The notes: a model not told the origin generated them from the letters alone. 53,090 nt of DNA from Spirogloea muscicola (GCA_009602725.1 WELB01000010.1:931790-984879), one strand, 5' to 3'; numbered from the stretch's first letter, positions 14,701 through 27,600 are shown. Made by a program: numbers and translations.

Positions 14701-16591
14701 CCAAATTTTGCTAAGAGTTCTAGCATAGAGGTGGCCGGTGACCAAGCACGAGCGTGTTTTTTTTTCAATGGTGCTGACCAATCTTGCAAGGCTCTGTACT
14801 GTAATTTTCGAATTGCGCCCTTTTGAAAACCTCTTCCTCTTCCTCATGAAGAAGCACCAACTGGACGTGGAAGTGCCAGTATGACTGCACCTGTCATATT
14901 GGCTTTGGTCGCTTCACATTACCTTGTGCAGTGACGGTTCGTCGAAGGAAAGGAAGGACATTATGATGTCAAACGTGGTAGGTCCAACAAGGCCTGAGAT
15001 GTGGGAAGCTCCTTCCATGAGACAGTGATGGGCCAGGTTAATCATCCAAGTTGCCACTGGCTGCCATCGTTCCTTTCCAGTCAAGTTCAGCATGACACCA
15101 GGCAAGGATATTCTATCCGGCCAGAGTGCGGAGACGTCATCAGAAGCATTCTCCACTGCGGCAAGATATGTGCTGCTAAACGCTTGAACTGAGACCTCTG
15201 TGCAGTCAGTGAAGAGGGAGGGCTTGGAGAAGAATGAAGCGACTGAAGCAAGATCTGTCACAAACAGGACAGGGTGTCTGATTGAGAAGGCCTCCTTCAT
15301 GGCTTCACAACTTTGTATGCTCCACCTCCACCAAAAGCACACCCGATCGTCTTCCTACCTTCGAGTAAGCGGAGAAGATCCACAAAGAATAATATGTACA
15401 GCTGTCGATTCTCTTTCCATAGGAGAGACAGGAGGCCAGCAAGTGCTTCAAATAGAGGCTGCCCCATGCCCCTGCTTTGTTGTCCACGACGAAGGTACAA
15501 ACATACTCATTTGTTAGCATTTGTTTCTACCTATTTGTGGCAACTCTACCGGTAGGTCAACAGCGAGAAGGAACTCATCTGCTACTACTTTCATCGTCAA
15601 AGTTACCCAATCATGAGCTCATTGAAACTATTAAATATATTTGCATGCACAAGAAGGAGAATTTGCCCATCTAGATGGCTCCATGACTGCCAGCAAAACA
15701 CCACGACATACTTGAATAGCTGCTCTGCAAAGCAGGGCAGGAGGTAGCCTATGACAAGCAGGATGATGGCAGCTCCATCTGAGCAATGGAATACGCCAGG
15801 GCAGTGTTTGGTAATGTGCGCAAGGAGCTTCAAGACAGCCTGCAGTTCCCGCTCCTTCACACCTGCCAATTGTGCAGGGAAGCCTTGATTCTAGAGGTAC
15901 AACCTTACTATGAGCAGCTACTACCATACATTATGTGCGTACATTGACGACCTATCCTGGTGCACAAAGACAGTACAGCTTCACAAGTCTAGACGCCCGC
16001 ACCCTGCCAGCTTCAGTCACTCTACAAAGTCATGCAAGCTGTGGTGCCACTGCTATCCAGCTGACAACGTGTGCACATTGACTGCTGCCTGCCAACATAG
16101 GTAATACTCTGGAAGCGCCAGGCAAGCCTTCCTGGCCTGACTGATGTTCCACAGAGGGGCTAATGTTTCAGAAAGACCAGAAGTGGCAGGACCACAGCTG
16201 TGCCTCTTTCATAATACTTGTCCAAGAGCCTCTACATTGTTGGGCAAAGTAATGTCGACCATGATGCAAGCTACTGAGGCATGGTGCACATCAATATACA
16301 AAGTGAAGAAGACTTAGATTGGCTGGCAGCTGAGTGGACTCAGGACAGTCAAGGGAAGCCGTCAAAGCAGAAGCGATTGAACGACTGTAAGGTGATCTTT
16401 GCAGTCTGTACTGCCGAGCATGAAGTGACACAAATCGGCTTACTTGCACCGTTGGCTGGCGCGAAGAAGCGCCTCATGATCTTAGGGAGGGCGGCGCGGA
16501 AGCGGGCCTCCACGGAGCGGAGCTCTGGCGCCGGGGCCTCGCAGGCAGTGAGGCCGACCAGCTCCTGCAGCAGCGCGAAGAAGTCGGGCAT
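2793..16591 (-). CDS. ATR: Serine/threonine-protein kinase ATR (PIKK): N-terminal HEAT region, UME, FAT, PI3K-like kinase, FATC; many exons
   Basis: Kinase motifs LCKPKDDLRKDARMMEF, VGLGDRHGENILLD, VHVDFSCLFDKG and PELVPFRLTQ. FATC LPLSVEGQAHRLI...SKMYIWWMPWF* ends at 2793. FAT region ARASYRCKAYARALLYFE, AAWRLGQWD, AAGMESYSRAYP. UME-like exon 9873-10157. Plant-like N-terminus MPDFFALLQEL...EARFRAALP with ATG at 16591. Confidence 0.96.
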
Positions 16592-16859
16592 GGCGGCGGC
16601 GTTGCGGCCGCTCGCGGCGGCGTCGCCGCCTCGGGACGGCCCGCCGGCCGCCATTCTGAGCGGCGAGTCCTCGCGACGCAGCGGGATGAAGCCGGGCCCG
16701 GAGCGGGGCGCCGGGAGCCGCGCCCGGTCGCCAGTTCGACTCCCGTCGGCGACAGGCTTTGCCCATCCCCGGAGAATGCGGCTGCTGGATGGCCCCGAGG
16801 AGCTCCTGCGCATGAGTGAATGCGGCCAACGCTAATACCAGCGGGCCGGAAACACAACA

Positions 16860-16940
16860 GCTCTTGCAATCCAAGGCAGTGGCTGTGAGAGGCCAGCCCA
16901 GAAAGATTGGACAAGGTCCAAAGAGCCAAAAGGCGCCTTG
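16860..16940 (-). repeat. Short 3'-end fragment ('D tail') of the RLE non-LTR family, ~270 bp upstream of the ATR start
   Basis: ggcagtggctgtgagaggccagcccagaaagattggacaaggtcc matches the tail seen attached to the RLE ORF end at 21425-21590 and 38870-39070. Confidence 0.65.
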
Positions 16941-17394
16941 ATCACACAGCTATGCAGGAGACTACTACAGCGGATGGGAGCTTAGTAAGCCCGAGTTAGC
17001 AGCAGCAAGTAAGAATGTTTTGCAGCTGGAAAAGAGGCACCGCGACGAGACCCAGAAGCAGCAGCCATAGCGCGGCCTGCCCGCAAGTGCACTGCGTGAG
17101 CCAGGGAATTTCGTGTATTTGAAACAAACGAAGGCCAAATGGCCAAGTACAGGGAGGTTTGGAAGGAGATAGACAGCCGCATGCGGAGTACCTGGGCAAG
17201 CGACCCGGAAAGCGCTGAAAGCAGCCGTGAGATGCCAGCCCAAAAGAAGCTAAATTAGCGCCTGTAAAAGCCAGCCGGGTGCATACAGAGGGCATTCATC
17301 ACTGTATCAGCGGAGCCAAAGGCTAGGCAAACAGGGCGCTCTTAGTACCACCTGTGTCAGCAAGAGGAAGTCAGAAGAGGTGAATGGAATGGGG

Positions 17395-17880
17395 ATTGAG
17401 TGATGGAGGGCCTGAGTGGCCAAGTACGAAGGTAGGCACATTGACAGATGTTCATCACCTGCTGCTAAGCTGATCCCGCTTAATAACCACGAGTCAGCAC
17501 ATAGAGGTCGCAAACTGATGCCCGATACTGCATGGCAGATTGACAAGCCCATGTGCAACAGCTAAGGCTCGACCAGCTTTCTGGTGCAAAGCATGAGCCT
17601 GAGCTCGCTGCAAACAGGCCGACACACGACGTTGCAAAAACGACAAATAGGCTGCCGGCATGTCGATCTCGGCTGGAAGCATATCCTCACATCGTGCATA
17701 CCCTAGACTTGCAATGTTCTCAAGTTGGGTACGTATACGAGGACCCATGCAGCCAAAGTTGTCAACTTCGGCTGGTAGGAGGTGATCGCTACGGGGGTAG
17801 TCAGAGTAGTGCTGCAGCTTTCTCTGTCTGCACTTGCCACTGCGTGGCCATGCAATGTGGGTCGATGCTGTGTACGGCAA
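17395..17880 (-). mobile_element. 5'-truncated RLE (CRE-like) non-LTR retrotransposon remnant, subfamily A
   Basis: ORF 17494-17913 contains RKLQHYSDYP, LLPAEVDNFGCMG and RRVSACLQRAQAHALH (C-terminal K..HY / FG / S..LQR..A blocks of RLE ORFs). The 3' UTR ends ggccactcaggccctccatcactcaat. Confidence 0.75.
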
Positions 17881-17889
17881 CTGCGAGCG

Positions 17890-18062
17890 GCAGAAGGGCT
17901 TCGTAATTGCCATCTAGTATTCAGGCATCGCTTAGCAACCTTTATATTTTGACCCGGGGTTACTGAGCGGGTCAATCTGCTGTAGGTTATGTAGGTCTTA
18001 ATATGTGCTTGCCTTTGTACTTGGCCATTTGGCCTTCGTTTGTCTCAAATACACGAAATTCC
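17890..18062 (+). mobile_element. 3' end of RLE element, subfamily B
   Basis: Closely matches the reverse complement of 34296-34460 (ORF end LTRGY*, then ...tacttggccatttggccttcgtttgtctcaaatacacgaaatt). Other B 3' ends lie at ~17125-17150(-), 22900-22990(-) and 39350-39435(+). Confidence 0.7.
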
Positions 18063-18789
18063 TGTACGCCTCTGTCACAACCACATCGACCAAGGCTCAT
18101 CACCTCCGCCAGGTTGTGACTTCGGTAGAGTTCACTTCTCACAACCCTTGCCCCCATCGGGAGAGCCACTTCTCATTTGGCTCTTATGCGTATGCATGTA
18201 CATATCCTTAAGATTTGAATTCTCTATACGAATTCTCTATTCATGTATCATCCAGCTGCTTTACTGATCTGTATGCCCGGCTGGACAGTAAGGTGTCAAA
18301 GTAGACCCTCAAAAGCGTACCTTTGGCTTCACATTGGCTTCTATTTCGGCGAGGAGCTCTTACTGAGCCCTGGCAGCGGCGTAGACTTCCAAAGAAGTCG
18401 GATTGCAGAAACAGCAACTCATAGTAATTAAAATCTGGTGATTTCAGTGGTGCCCAGTGGTGGGCACCTGTTAATACAGATTGCGCCCCCATCAGACTTA
18501 CATTGCCATGCAGCCCTCTAATTTATGCAGAAGCCTGCAGAGCTGGTGGCACTTAGAGCCGAGCGAGGCTTAGGTTTGCCTCCTCCTCTGCTTCTGGAGT
18601 GTGGTTGTTGTCACCACGTCGCAACAGAGGTTTGTGGGTCGACGGAAGGGGCACATGGCGTGCAGCAAAAGCAGCAGCAATCAGACTCTGCAGTGCATAT
18701 GCCTCCTTGACTACGAACTTGCACCTGAGTGTGGCAGAATTTACCTGACGGGCATGTACCACATGTGTCAGTCACAGTGTTTGCAGCGC

Positions 18790-19780
18790 CTGCTCAGCTG
18801 CCTTGGAGCTGGCACTTCACTTCCAGCTCAGTTTCTTCTGTCACTGCAGAGGTGTCGCTCAGAGCCGCCGAGGCCACCTGGCAAGCATCTGGCGGCCACC
18901 TGGAGAGGCGAGGCAGCCAACGGTGGCAAGGACATTCAAGCCGGCCGCCGCGTAGAATTTCTGCAGCAGATGCAGGAGATGTGCACGTCAAAGAGGCGAG
19001 TGAGAATCTATCCTGGATAACCGTTGCATGCCTCATGTGTTTCTGGAGCTGTGCTGGCATCCCCGAGCACTGCCGGCAGCCTCACAGCTTGACGGCACCG
19101 CTGCTCATCCAAATTGTGCAACCAAGCCTGCAGCTCGGCCGCTGAAGTGACGAGAGTGCCACGCACGGCCCCCACCCCTTTGAGCATCTCAGCGTCCCAA
19201 TCGGAGCACGTCAGTGCAAAGCCAAGCCGTGCAAAGGACAGCTGACAAGGGCGAAAGGGGCGCTGATCGTGCTAGCCATTGCTGGCTCTCTGGAGGCTGA
19301 AGTCCAGCATCAAGGACACGCGACAAGAGCTGGAGGTAATGTATGGCCCTTGACGAGGCATTCTCAAGCACGGTGTACAGTCATGAGGTCACTGGTGTGG
19401 TCGGGCTGGCAGACCGCACAGGGCATGCCTCGCAGCTCGGACATCAAGCCAAACCCGACAACCCCTGTGGCTCAATGCCCGAGACGGGACTTGTGGCTTC
19501 GGGGGCTGAGACATGTGAGGTTTTCTGAACCGCACCTCCTGAAAGCTCTGCTTCCTGGTCTTGTGCCGGAAGCGCTGCATCGCCCACCTGGAGTGCCGCG
19601 CCAGCAGGGGCCAGGGCCGTGGATGCTCAGGACCGCTTGTGCCCGCAGCGACGGGGCCCTGCGCTGCTGGCAGCGCAGATCGCAGCGCGGCGGCGGCGGC
19701 GTCGGCGGGGCCGGCGGTCGCTCACAGGCCGCCGGGCCANGGCGGGCGGGCGCAGGCCGCGCATGCTGCCGCGGCGCGCG
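18790..19780 (-). other. Possible short intron-containing gene or pseudogene of unknown function
   Basis: Non-repetitive block with protein-like stretches in different frames (AAELQAWLHNLDEQRCRQAV; LENASSRAIHYLQLLSRVLDAG; LQKHMRHATVIQDRFSLASL) and a GC-rich putative first exon. No family recognised and no complete model built. Confidence 0.25.
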
Positions 19781-20014
19781 GCGGGCAGGCCTTCGGGGGA
19801 AGAAGATCAATGGGGGTACTGCTGATCTCAGCGCTTTTCGGACCTTCTTTCATTGTCCATTCTTTTTTGGGCTGGCTTTGCCAGCCCCTCTTTTCTATGG
19901 GCGCGCACTTCTTCTTTCGGACCTTGTCGATTCTTCCCGGGCTGGCTTTTCTCAGTTCTTTTCAGCCCTCGCCCCCTTGAGCTCATTTCCTCGAAGGAGC
20001 GGCAGGAATGGAAT

Positions 20015-20740
20015 GTGTATTGAGTGATGGAGGGCCTGAGAGGCCAAAGCACAACGGCAGAATTCTCCTATCATTTGTGTGCTTGGATGTACATCGCCTG
20101 CTGCTAAGCTGATCCACTCAGTAACTACAAGTCAGAAATCAGAGGTCGTTAACTGATGCCAAGATACCGAGCGGCAATTGACCAGCCCTGTGCCACCAGC
20201 TAAGGCTCGACCAGCTGTCTGATGCAAAGCGTGAGCCTGAGCTCGCTGCAAACAGGCTGACACACGACACTGCATAAACGACAAGTAGGCTGCCGGCATG
20301 CCCATCTTGGCTGGAAGCATCTCCTCACGTTGTGCATATCCTAGACTTGCGATGTTCTCAAGTAGGGTATGAAAACGAGGACCCATGCAGCCAAAGTTTT
20401 GAAGTGCGGCTGGTAGGAGGAGATGGCAACGGGGGTAGTCAGAGTAGTGCTGCAGCTTCCTCTGCCCTGCACATCCCACTGCGTGACCAGCAATGTGGGT
20501 CGATGCTGGCCGGTTGTACGCCTCCGTCACAACCGCATCGACCGAGGCTCGTGCACCTCCGCCAGGTTGTCCACCCACAATGTCTAGGGTGCGATGGTGA
20601 TGGCGTCCCTGAGCGTCCGTGGTGATGGGCATGTGTCATTCCCTTCTATAACAGCCGGCATCACGCATCAAGTCCGCCAGGGCATCCAATTATGGATTAT
20701 GAACGCCCACCAGGGATAGTGAGACATCGCAGCATATGAG
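20015..20740 (-). mobile_element. 5'-truncated RLE non-LTR remnant, subfamily A
   Basis: ORF 20132-20632: RTLDIVG...VDAVVT...RKLQHY...NFGCMG...RVSACLQRAQA. The 3' terminus is ...ccatcactcaatacac, as at 17395 and 39670. Confidence 0.78.
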
Positions 20741-21424
20741 TAGCGAGGGGAGGAAGAGCAACCCCGCTGTGCGAAGAGACTGGTCCTCTGGCCGCCCACA
20801 CCACTTAGCGTATCTCAAGGCATTCCCATTTGGCTAGGCTACTCTTAGAAAGAGACTAAGACTCTTGCAGTAGAGGGCGATGGCTCATAGCAAGCTAGTC
20901 AAGCTTTGCAGCAGGCCCATGCCCAAGCTGAGGCATCATCCAGGCGTCGACGACTGGCACCACGGCCCCAGCTCTCCTTCCCCCTCTCTTTCCCGGCACC
21001 AGCACATTGGCATTGGGCGAGGCTCCTCGACCTAGGTGCAGTCCTTCGAGAACCCAGCCTGCCCACCTTGTGGCACAATCCACATTGGGCACGGCCCCAC
21101 CTTCAGCGAGCCTCCCGGCCCATCCTCACCATGCATGGCGGGCAACAGCCTCGGCGTAGCTGCTTGAATGGTCTTTGCGTTCCTCCCTCGTCACCCGCGC
21201 CCACAGCACTTGGAGCGACTCGCAGATGGCGGTGGCCATCATCCCTGGTGTGTGGCCCAACGTCTCACTTACGTGTTGCGGACTGTTACCCCCAAATCTG
21301 CACTAGACGCTATATACACTACTGTGGACTCCCCACCTCCAAAAGGCTCTTCACGACCTGGTGGACCACCCAAATCTCTCCTCTACGTCGGCTGCCCTCC
21401 TCCAGCTGACGCTTCCCATTCCCA

Positions 21425-21590
21425 TTCTCCGACCTGCGCCTGCTTAGTAGGGGTCACTGAGTGCCAATTAGTTACTTGCTTCCGTGTGTGCTTTAGCGCT
21501 TCCCTGGCCCCTTCGGACTTTGTTTATTCTATTTTCTGGACTGGCCTCTCCCAGCCACCGCCCTCTCATGGAAGCGTCTTTCTTCAATTA
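21425..21590 (+). mobile_element. RLE element 3' end, subfamily D (ORF end SDLRLLSRGH* plus 3' UTR tail)
   Basis: ctccgacctgcgcctgcttagtaggggtcactga is followed by ggccccttcggactttg...ctggcctctcccagcc...gcgtctttcttc. This links the dispersed short tail repeat to the RLE ORF. Confidence 0.7.
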
Positions 21591-21899
21591 GCAAAGGCGG
21601 CCTTCGGTGCCACCTACTGGCTCGCCCGTCCCGAGCGGCTCACCTGGGGTGCTGGGCCCAAGTGGCCTCCACCATCTCGATTTTAGCCACGGCGGGAGTG
21701 GCAACGGGGAACCTGCCCCTCCAGCCATAGTTAATCGCCACACAACGTGACTTCTTACGCTCCTTACATTCACTTGCGGAAGGTCATGCAGATATTGTGG
21801 CATGGGCACGCTGTTCCAATAGGAAAGCACAGGCCCTCTACACACACGCGGCGGACGAGCAGGCCGTATCTGAGCTGAAGGGACTTCTCAAGGACGATG

Positions 21900-22890
21900 G
21901 ACGTGGTCTTACCCGGATCCTGTCGACCAGCTCCTAGGGACCTTCCAAGTGGTTGAACGGGATTCTGATATCGTCCCCTTCGTCTCTCGGGCTACCTGTT
22001 CCGCACAGCGCTGCAACATAACCTCGGCCTTCCCCCCCCCGTTTGCTTGGTTGGCATCCGCCAGTGCGAGAGTGGCCACAATGCTGATGATAAGGTCGCT
22101 CTAGCTGCGCATGTGCTGAGGTGTGTTGAGGGATTTGAGCACATTGCCTCCCACGACCTACTCGGAGATGCTACGTCTGGAATTGTGCGCGAGGCAGGGT
22201 ATCGTCCGGCAATGGAGGTGTCCGGCATCATGCCAGTCTCCGACAGTCTCGACAAGCCATACATTCGGCGTCTGGACGTGGTCGCCACCCCCAGCAGCGG
22301 TGGGCCTTGCCTGCTCCTGGACGTTGTACTTAAAAGCATACAAAGGTGGAGCACCCACATCATTTGTGCCTGAGGGCAACGTCCCGCGCCAGAGCTAAAA
22401 AGTGAGAGGCATTACAAGGAGCACCCCCGAGAAACTACTTCTATCCTTGCGCCATGAATATTATAATGGCTATGGTATGACATGGTCCTCTCTCATCCGG
22501 CATCTGGCCCGACTGGCGCGCGACGTCGCAGATAGGGGAGCAGCTTGGGGCACACTGGCATTCCGCAGGCCTTAGTTTGCATATTAGAGCATGCGGCTCT
22601 CGCTTCGTTTGCAGCGCTCGCAAGCTCTGTCAATTCATCAGCGTGCTGGGCGCGCTCTAAGTCAGGCCACCCGCTTCCGTGGCAGCGCTCCAGCTCGCCA
22701 AGTTAGCTTGTTGGTGCGGATGTGCTCACCCGTGGGAACTTACCCACACTGTAGCTTAGCCACGTTAGCAAAGTGCTTCGTTCCATGTAGCCCCATTTAT
22801 TCTGAACTAGTATTTGCCCGAACAATGAATTTGGCTTGAATCTGCCTCCCTGTCATTCAAGCGCTCCGCGCGCCTTCTCTCTTGCTTAGC
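21900..22890 (+). mobile_element. Degenerate RLE (CRE-like) non-LTR remnant, subfamily C, with zinc-knuckle and PD-(D/E)xK-like region
   Basis: SKWLNGI..., LFRTALQHNLGLP, CES(G)...AHVLRC...SHDLL (CCHC/RHD), RRLDVV...LLLDVV, MRLSLRLQRSQALSIH. The 3' UTR ends gcgctccgcgcgccttctctct. Frameshifted. Confidence 0.75.
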
Positions 22891-24400
22891 CCCGTGCATG
22901 AAAATTTCGTGTATTTGAAACAACCGAAGGCCAAATGGCCAAGTACAAAGGCAAGCACATCTTAAAACCTACATAACCAACAGTAGATTGAGAAACATCC
23001 GTGCATGGTGCTGTGCTACGTGGGAGCTTCGCCGTCGTCGTCCTCGTCGTCGGGCTGGCAGCCCGGCGGGGCAGCTAATGATGCGCACTGGGCCGCAGGT
23101 GCTGGGGAGAAGTATCGCGGAACGGGTCGGGGAGACGTTAGCGGCGTCCAGGCAAGGTAGGAGGATGGCGTACGGGAAGCGGGCCACGGGGCGTTGGGCA
23201 ACCACGCGGGAGTAAGCGACCGCGTGCCGTCAACCGCCGCGGGGCGTCTGGCCCGGGGTGGGTGCGGTGTAGGCCGGGCTGGAGGAGGAGGGCTGGCCAA
23301 GCAAAAGCCAAGCTCGGGGCGTACGTACCGGCGACGGGGGGTTGGGTTTGGGGGGGGGGGAGACGGCAGTGGGATGAATAACGGGCGGGGAGGCGGTGGG
23401 CACGCGCTGGGCTGTCGGGCTGCCGCGCGCCAAACGAGTGCTGAGGTCGGGCGGCTGGCGGCGCCGCTGACGCGGACGAGGGGGATCAAGTGGTGGCGGC
23501 GAAGCGGACCGCCGTTCGCAATCTCCCCTGGCGCCGACCTCCCGCGCTGTCGCCGTCTCGGGCGGGGCGGCCAGGGGCCCGCTCCCCGACGCGCCTCCCT
23601 TGTCGCGGCGCCCTGGGGCTCGGCGCCCGGAACCGCCCACCTGGCGGCGCATGATGGGTCTGTGCGACCGCCAGGGCACCCTGGCGGCCGCAGCCGGCCG
23701 GCGGCGGGCCCGCAGAGATGCAGGTGGCCCTACCGCCGCGCTGGCGCTCGTGCGGCGGCCGCCAAGGATTCGCTGGCGCGCCCTCACCTCAGCCTTGCTA
23801 TTCCGGGGGGGCGGGAGGAAGGCAGTAGTCGCCCCGCCACCTGGCGTGCGGGCCGCCGCCCCCCGCTGTTCCTCCCCGTTCCATCTCCCCGCCTCCAAGA
23901 TCTGTCTATTTCGGATGGCCCAAAGTGCGCTCGCCGGGCGGTGGTGTGGGGCCTCGCACGCCGTCTGAGATGCGCAAGCGCGCGCGCGCCCACCTCCCAT
24001 CTCCGCGCGCCATCTCCGGCGAGATGGCGCGGGCGGAACCATCTCCGTTGGGTGGGGGGGAAAGATGGTAAAGAGGGACGAAACGAAGGAGGAGGAAAGA
24101 GAGTGGCTCTTCCAAAGGGGCGGCGGCTTTGGAGAAGAGGCTACTTTTCAATGGCGGGCTTTTGAGAAGCGGACTGGGAATGAGTTGGCAATCGCCCCCG
24201 GGGGCACCGCCGCGGGCCCCGGCAATCCGCGCAGATGGTGGGCTGGCAGTGCCCGAGCGGCGCGCCGTGGGGCCCGCCGCGGGACGGGGGCGGCTCTCCC
24301 AGTTGGGCCCCCCCTCCTCCCTCCCTCCTCCGGCGGCGCTTGAGCTGCAGTGCCCCGGCCGGCGACCCACCCCCCCCCCGACGCGAAGCCCCCCACCCTC

Positions 24401-24616
24401 NNNNNNNNNNNNNNNNNNNNNNNNNNNNNNNNNNNNNNNNNNNNNNNNNNNNNNNNNNNNNNNNNNNNNNNNNNNNNNNNNNNNNNNNNNNNNNNNNNNN
24501 NNNNNNNNNNNNNNNNNNNNNNNNNNNNNNNNNNNNNNNNNNNNNNNNNNNNNNNNNNNNNNNNNNNNNNNNNNNNNNNNNNNNNNNNNNNNNNNNNNNN
24601 NNNNNNNNNNNNNNNN
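24401..24616. other. Assembly gap (N)
   Basis: Run of N hiding the start of the protease-LysM gene. Confidence 0.99.
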
Positions 24617-27600
24617 GCTCGGCGGCGCCTGCCTCGGCCTCGAGGCGGACGCCGGGACTGCCAAGGCCGGCTTCCAGCCGTCCGCCTTCGAGATACTGGC
24701 CGCCAGGTCGCCGCCGCCGAGCCCTGCCGCCGCCGCCGCCGCCAACGCCACCAGAGCCGAGCGCCGGCTCGCGGACGACGACGGCGGCACGCCCGTGTAC
24801 CGCCTCGGCCTGGCGCCGCCGGACCTGTCCAGCTCCGCGCTGCAGGCGGCGGCCATCAGCGGCTACTACTACCGCTACGCGTCCACCGTCCCGCCCTCCG
24901 CCGTGGACTGGCGTCTCGTGACGAGCCCCATGGTGATGACGCCGGTGAAGAACCAGGGCGAGTGCGCGTCCTGCTCTGCGGTCGTGGTCGCGGACGCCAT
25001 CGCCGCGCTGGCGGCCATCACCAGCCAGGCCGATGCTGTCGACCTCTCGGCCGAGCAGATCTGCAAGTGTGGCACTCCCGGCGGCTCGTGCTGCGCCGGC
25101 GGCTGGCCGCAGTCGGAGCTCGATTATGTCGTTGCCAGCGGCGGCCTGGCCACCGCCGACACGTACCCGTACACTGCCGACCATGGCACCTCTCAGTGCA
25201 GCCAGAGCAGGGCTACGCAGGTCGCTGCCTCCATCACATCCTGGGAGCTGGTGTCGGCGCTCGACAGTAGGGCCCTCAAGCAGGCCATCGCCAACCAGGT
25301 GCCTGCCTCTTTCCTCCCTCGCCCTTATAGGTCAGCCCCTGGGTGTGCTTTTTCTTGGCTGCCTCTCTGAGGCCCTGCACCTCTGTCAGGAGCCTGGGAG
25401 TAGTGTTGACAGTGGTCAGGGAGGCACATTGGGCACCGCGGCGCTAGCGCCAATCAAAACTAGCTTTCTTTGTGTTGCGCAGCGAGAAAGATGCCCAGCA
25501 TGGCCAACAAGGTGGCCCTTGACCGCCATTGCGCCTGCCGTTTCTTCTTGGCGATCCCTCTGGCATTGAGTGTGCTGCAAGGCTCTCGTTCCGTCAAGAC
25601 TGATTGCCCTCTCGACTGTCTCTGTGCTACTGCAGCCGGTGATCGTGTTCGTTGATGCCAGCAGCTTGGCATTCCAGCAATACAAGGCCGGCATTCTTGT
25701 TGGCGACTGCCCGACAAATGTCAATCATGCGATGTTAGCGGTTGGGTACGGCTACGACTCCGCTGTGGGTTGGTACTGGATCTTGAAGAACTCGTGGAGC
25801 ACCTTGTGGGGCGAGGGCGGGTATATGCGCCTCAGCTTCGGCAACGACGGCCGCGGCATGTGCGCGCTCCTGGCGCAGTCGCCCGTGTACCCAGTGATCA
25901 CGTCAGCCGACAACCCGTGCGCCAACCTGCCCAACCCGTGCGGCGCTGGCGCGTGCACGCCCACTGGCGTTGGCGCCTACTCCTGCGCGTGCCCGCAGGG
26001 CTACGCTCTCAACAATGCGACCAGCTCAGGCGCAAAATGCGTGGCTGCCAATCCGTGCTCTGTGAACCCAAGCCCCTGCGGCGCTGGCCAGTGCAGCTCC
26101 GGCAGTGCCACTGATGGGTCATATACGTGCAGCTGCTTCGGTGGATACGTGCTCGGCGCCACTGCGCTGGGTGCGCCTACATGCGTGCAAGGCAATGGCG
26201 GCTCCGGCGTGCTCACCTACACGGCCACTGTGGGCGACAAGTGCTCCGGCGTCGCATCTGCCTTCGGCATCTCTGTGCAGCAGCTCGTCGCTCTCAACCC
26301 GTGGTTGCAGGGCAACACCAACACGGACCTTGTTGTTGGTGAGGCCCCCCTCATGGCTGATGCGGCTGCACCCGTGCTACTTGAGGTCATCTTCAAGGGT
26401 GGTGGTGACATAGTTCATGCTCATGTTGGGTTCGTGAAAGGATGTCATGTTAGGCCCTTGCCTGCCTTGTCAGCTGTGTGGAGCTGCCAGCTCTGGCTTG
26501 TCCGCCCCCTCGCTGCTGAATAGTCCCCCCCCCTTCCCAACTTCGTCCACCTCCTTGTCCCTACTCTTGTTCCCCCCTCCTTGGTTGTTCAAGTGATGCC
26601 TTCTTACTCCTCTCATCGCCTCTCCTCCTCTTCTCTAGGATCTGTGCTGGCCATCTCAGGCGACAGCATCAGCAGTGGATGCGTGAAGAACTACATCGTG
26701 CAGAGCGGTGACACGTGCCTGGGCATCGGGCAGCGTAGCTTCCCCACCGCAGGGAACCCCGTGGGCCACCTGCAGGCAATCAATCCCACGCTCGACTGCA
26801 GCCAACTGTGGCTCGGCCAGCAGCTTTGCGTGGTGATTAATCAGCAGGTGGAGCCAGCGCAGCTTCGGTGCGGCGAGTCAGTGCCCGTCTCGAGGACCTG
26901 CCGCACCTGTGCCTGCCTCTCCCAGGCGTACAACGTCACCTTCAACGATCTTGCCAATCTCAATCCGGGCCTTTCGTGCAGCCGGGGCCAGCTGTCGCTG
27001 TCCGTCTCAGTGTGCGTTGCGCCGTATGTGCCGCCTGCGGCCGCCAACTGCTCCAGCATCTACCGACTGCGCCTTGGCGACACGTGCTCCAGCATCGCCG
27101 CGGCAGCAAGCCTCACTGACGCTCAGTTCCTCGGCCTCAACCTGGGCATCCAGTGTGATTGGTTGAGGCTACAGATTGGCATGCCCGTCTGCATAGCACC
27201 ACCCCTTAATGACACCAAGTACATTCCCGAGTCACCCTACGCCATCAAAGCAGGTGACACGCTTGCGTCTATCGCCGATGGCTACCAGAAGCAGTGCGGC
27301 TCAATCGCAACACCGGCCACCATCTGCCGTCAAAATGCGGACCAAATCGGTGACTGCAATGACCTCTCGTCCAACGTTGGCCAGCTCATCCAGGTCCGTC
27401 CACCCACTTGACCATTTGCAGTTAGAGAGACAGGAACACTGCTGCTCGAGATGGCCATCCAAGCAGATTGCGTCAGCGTGCTGAGTTGGACTCCTCATTC
27501 TTTCTGCTTTTGCAGGTGCCGTGTCAGTGGCCCATTGGCCGCTATTGCGGATGCACGCCCGACGAGCCAGTGTGTGGGTGGGACGGCCAGGTCTACGAGT

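Noticed and set aside
20940..21060. Possible RT motif remnant (..HIGIGE.. resembling RPIAIGE)
   Set aside because: Requires frameshifts and is too short to support on its own.
23000..24400. Long GC-rich ORFs (323, 270 aa); faint resemblance to RLE motifs near 23600-23850 (minus)
   Set aside because: Low-complexity Arg/Gly/Pro/Ala frames expected at this GC content next to a gap; motifs too degenerate to call.
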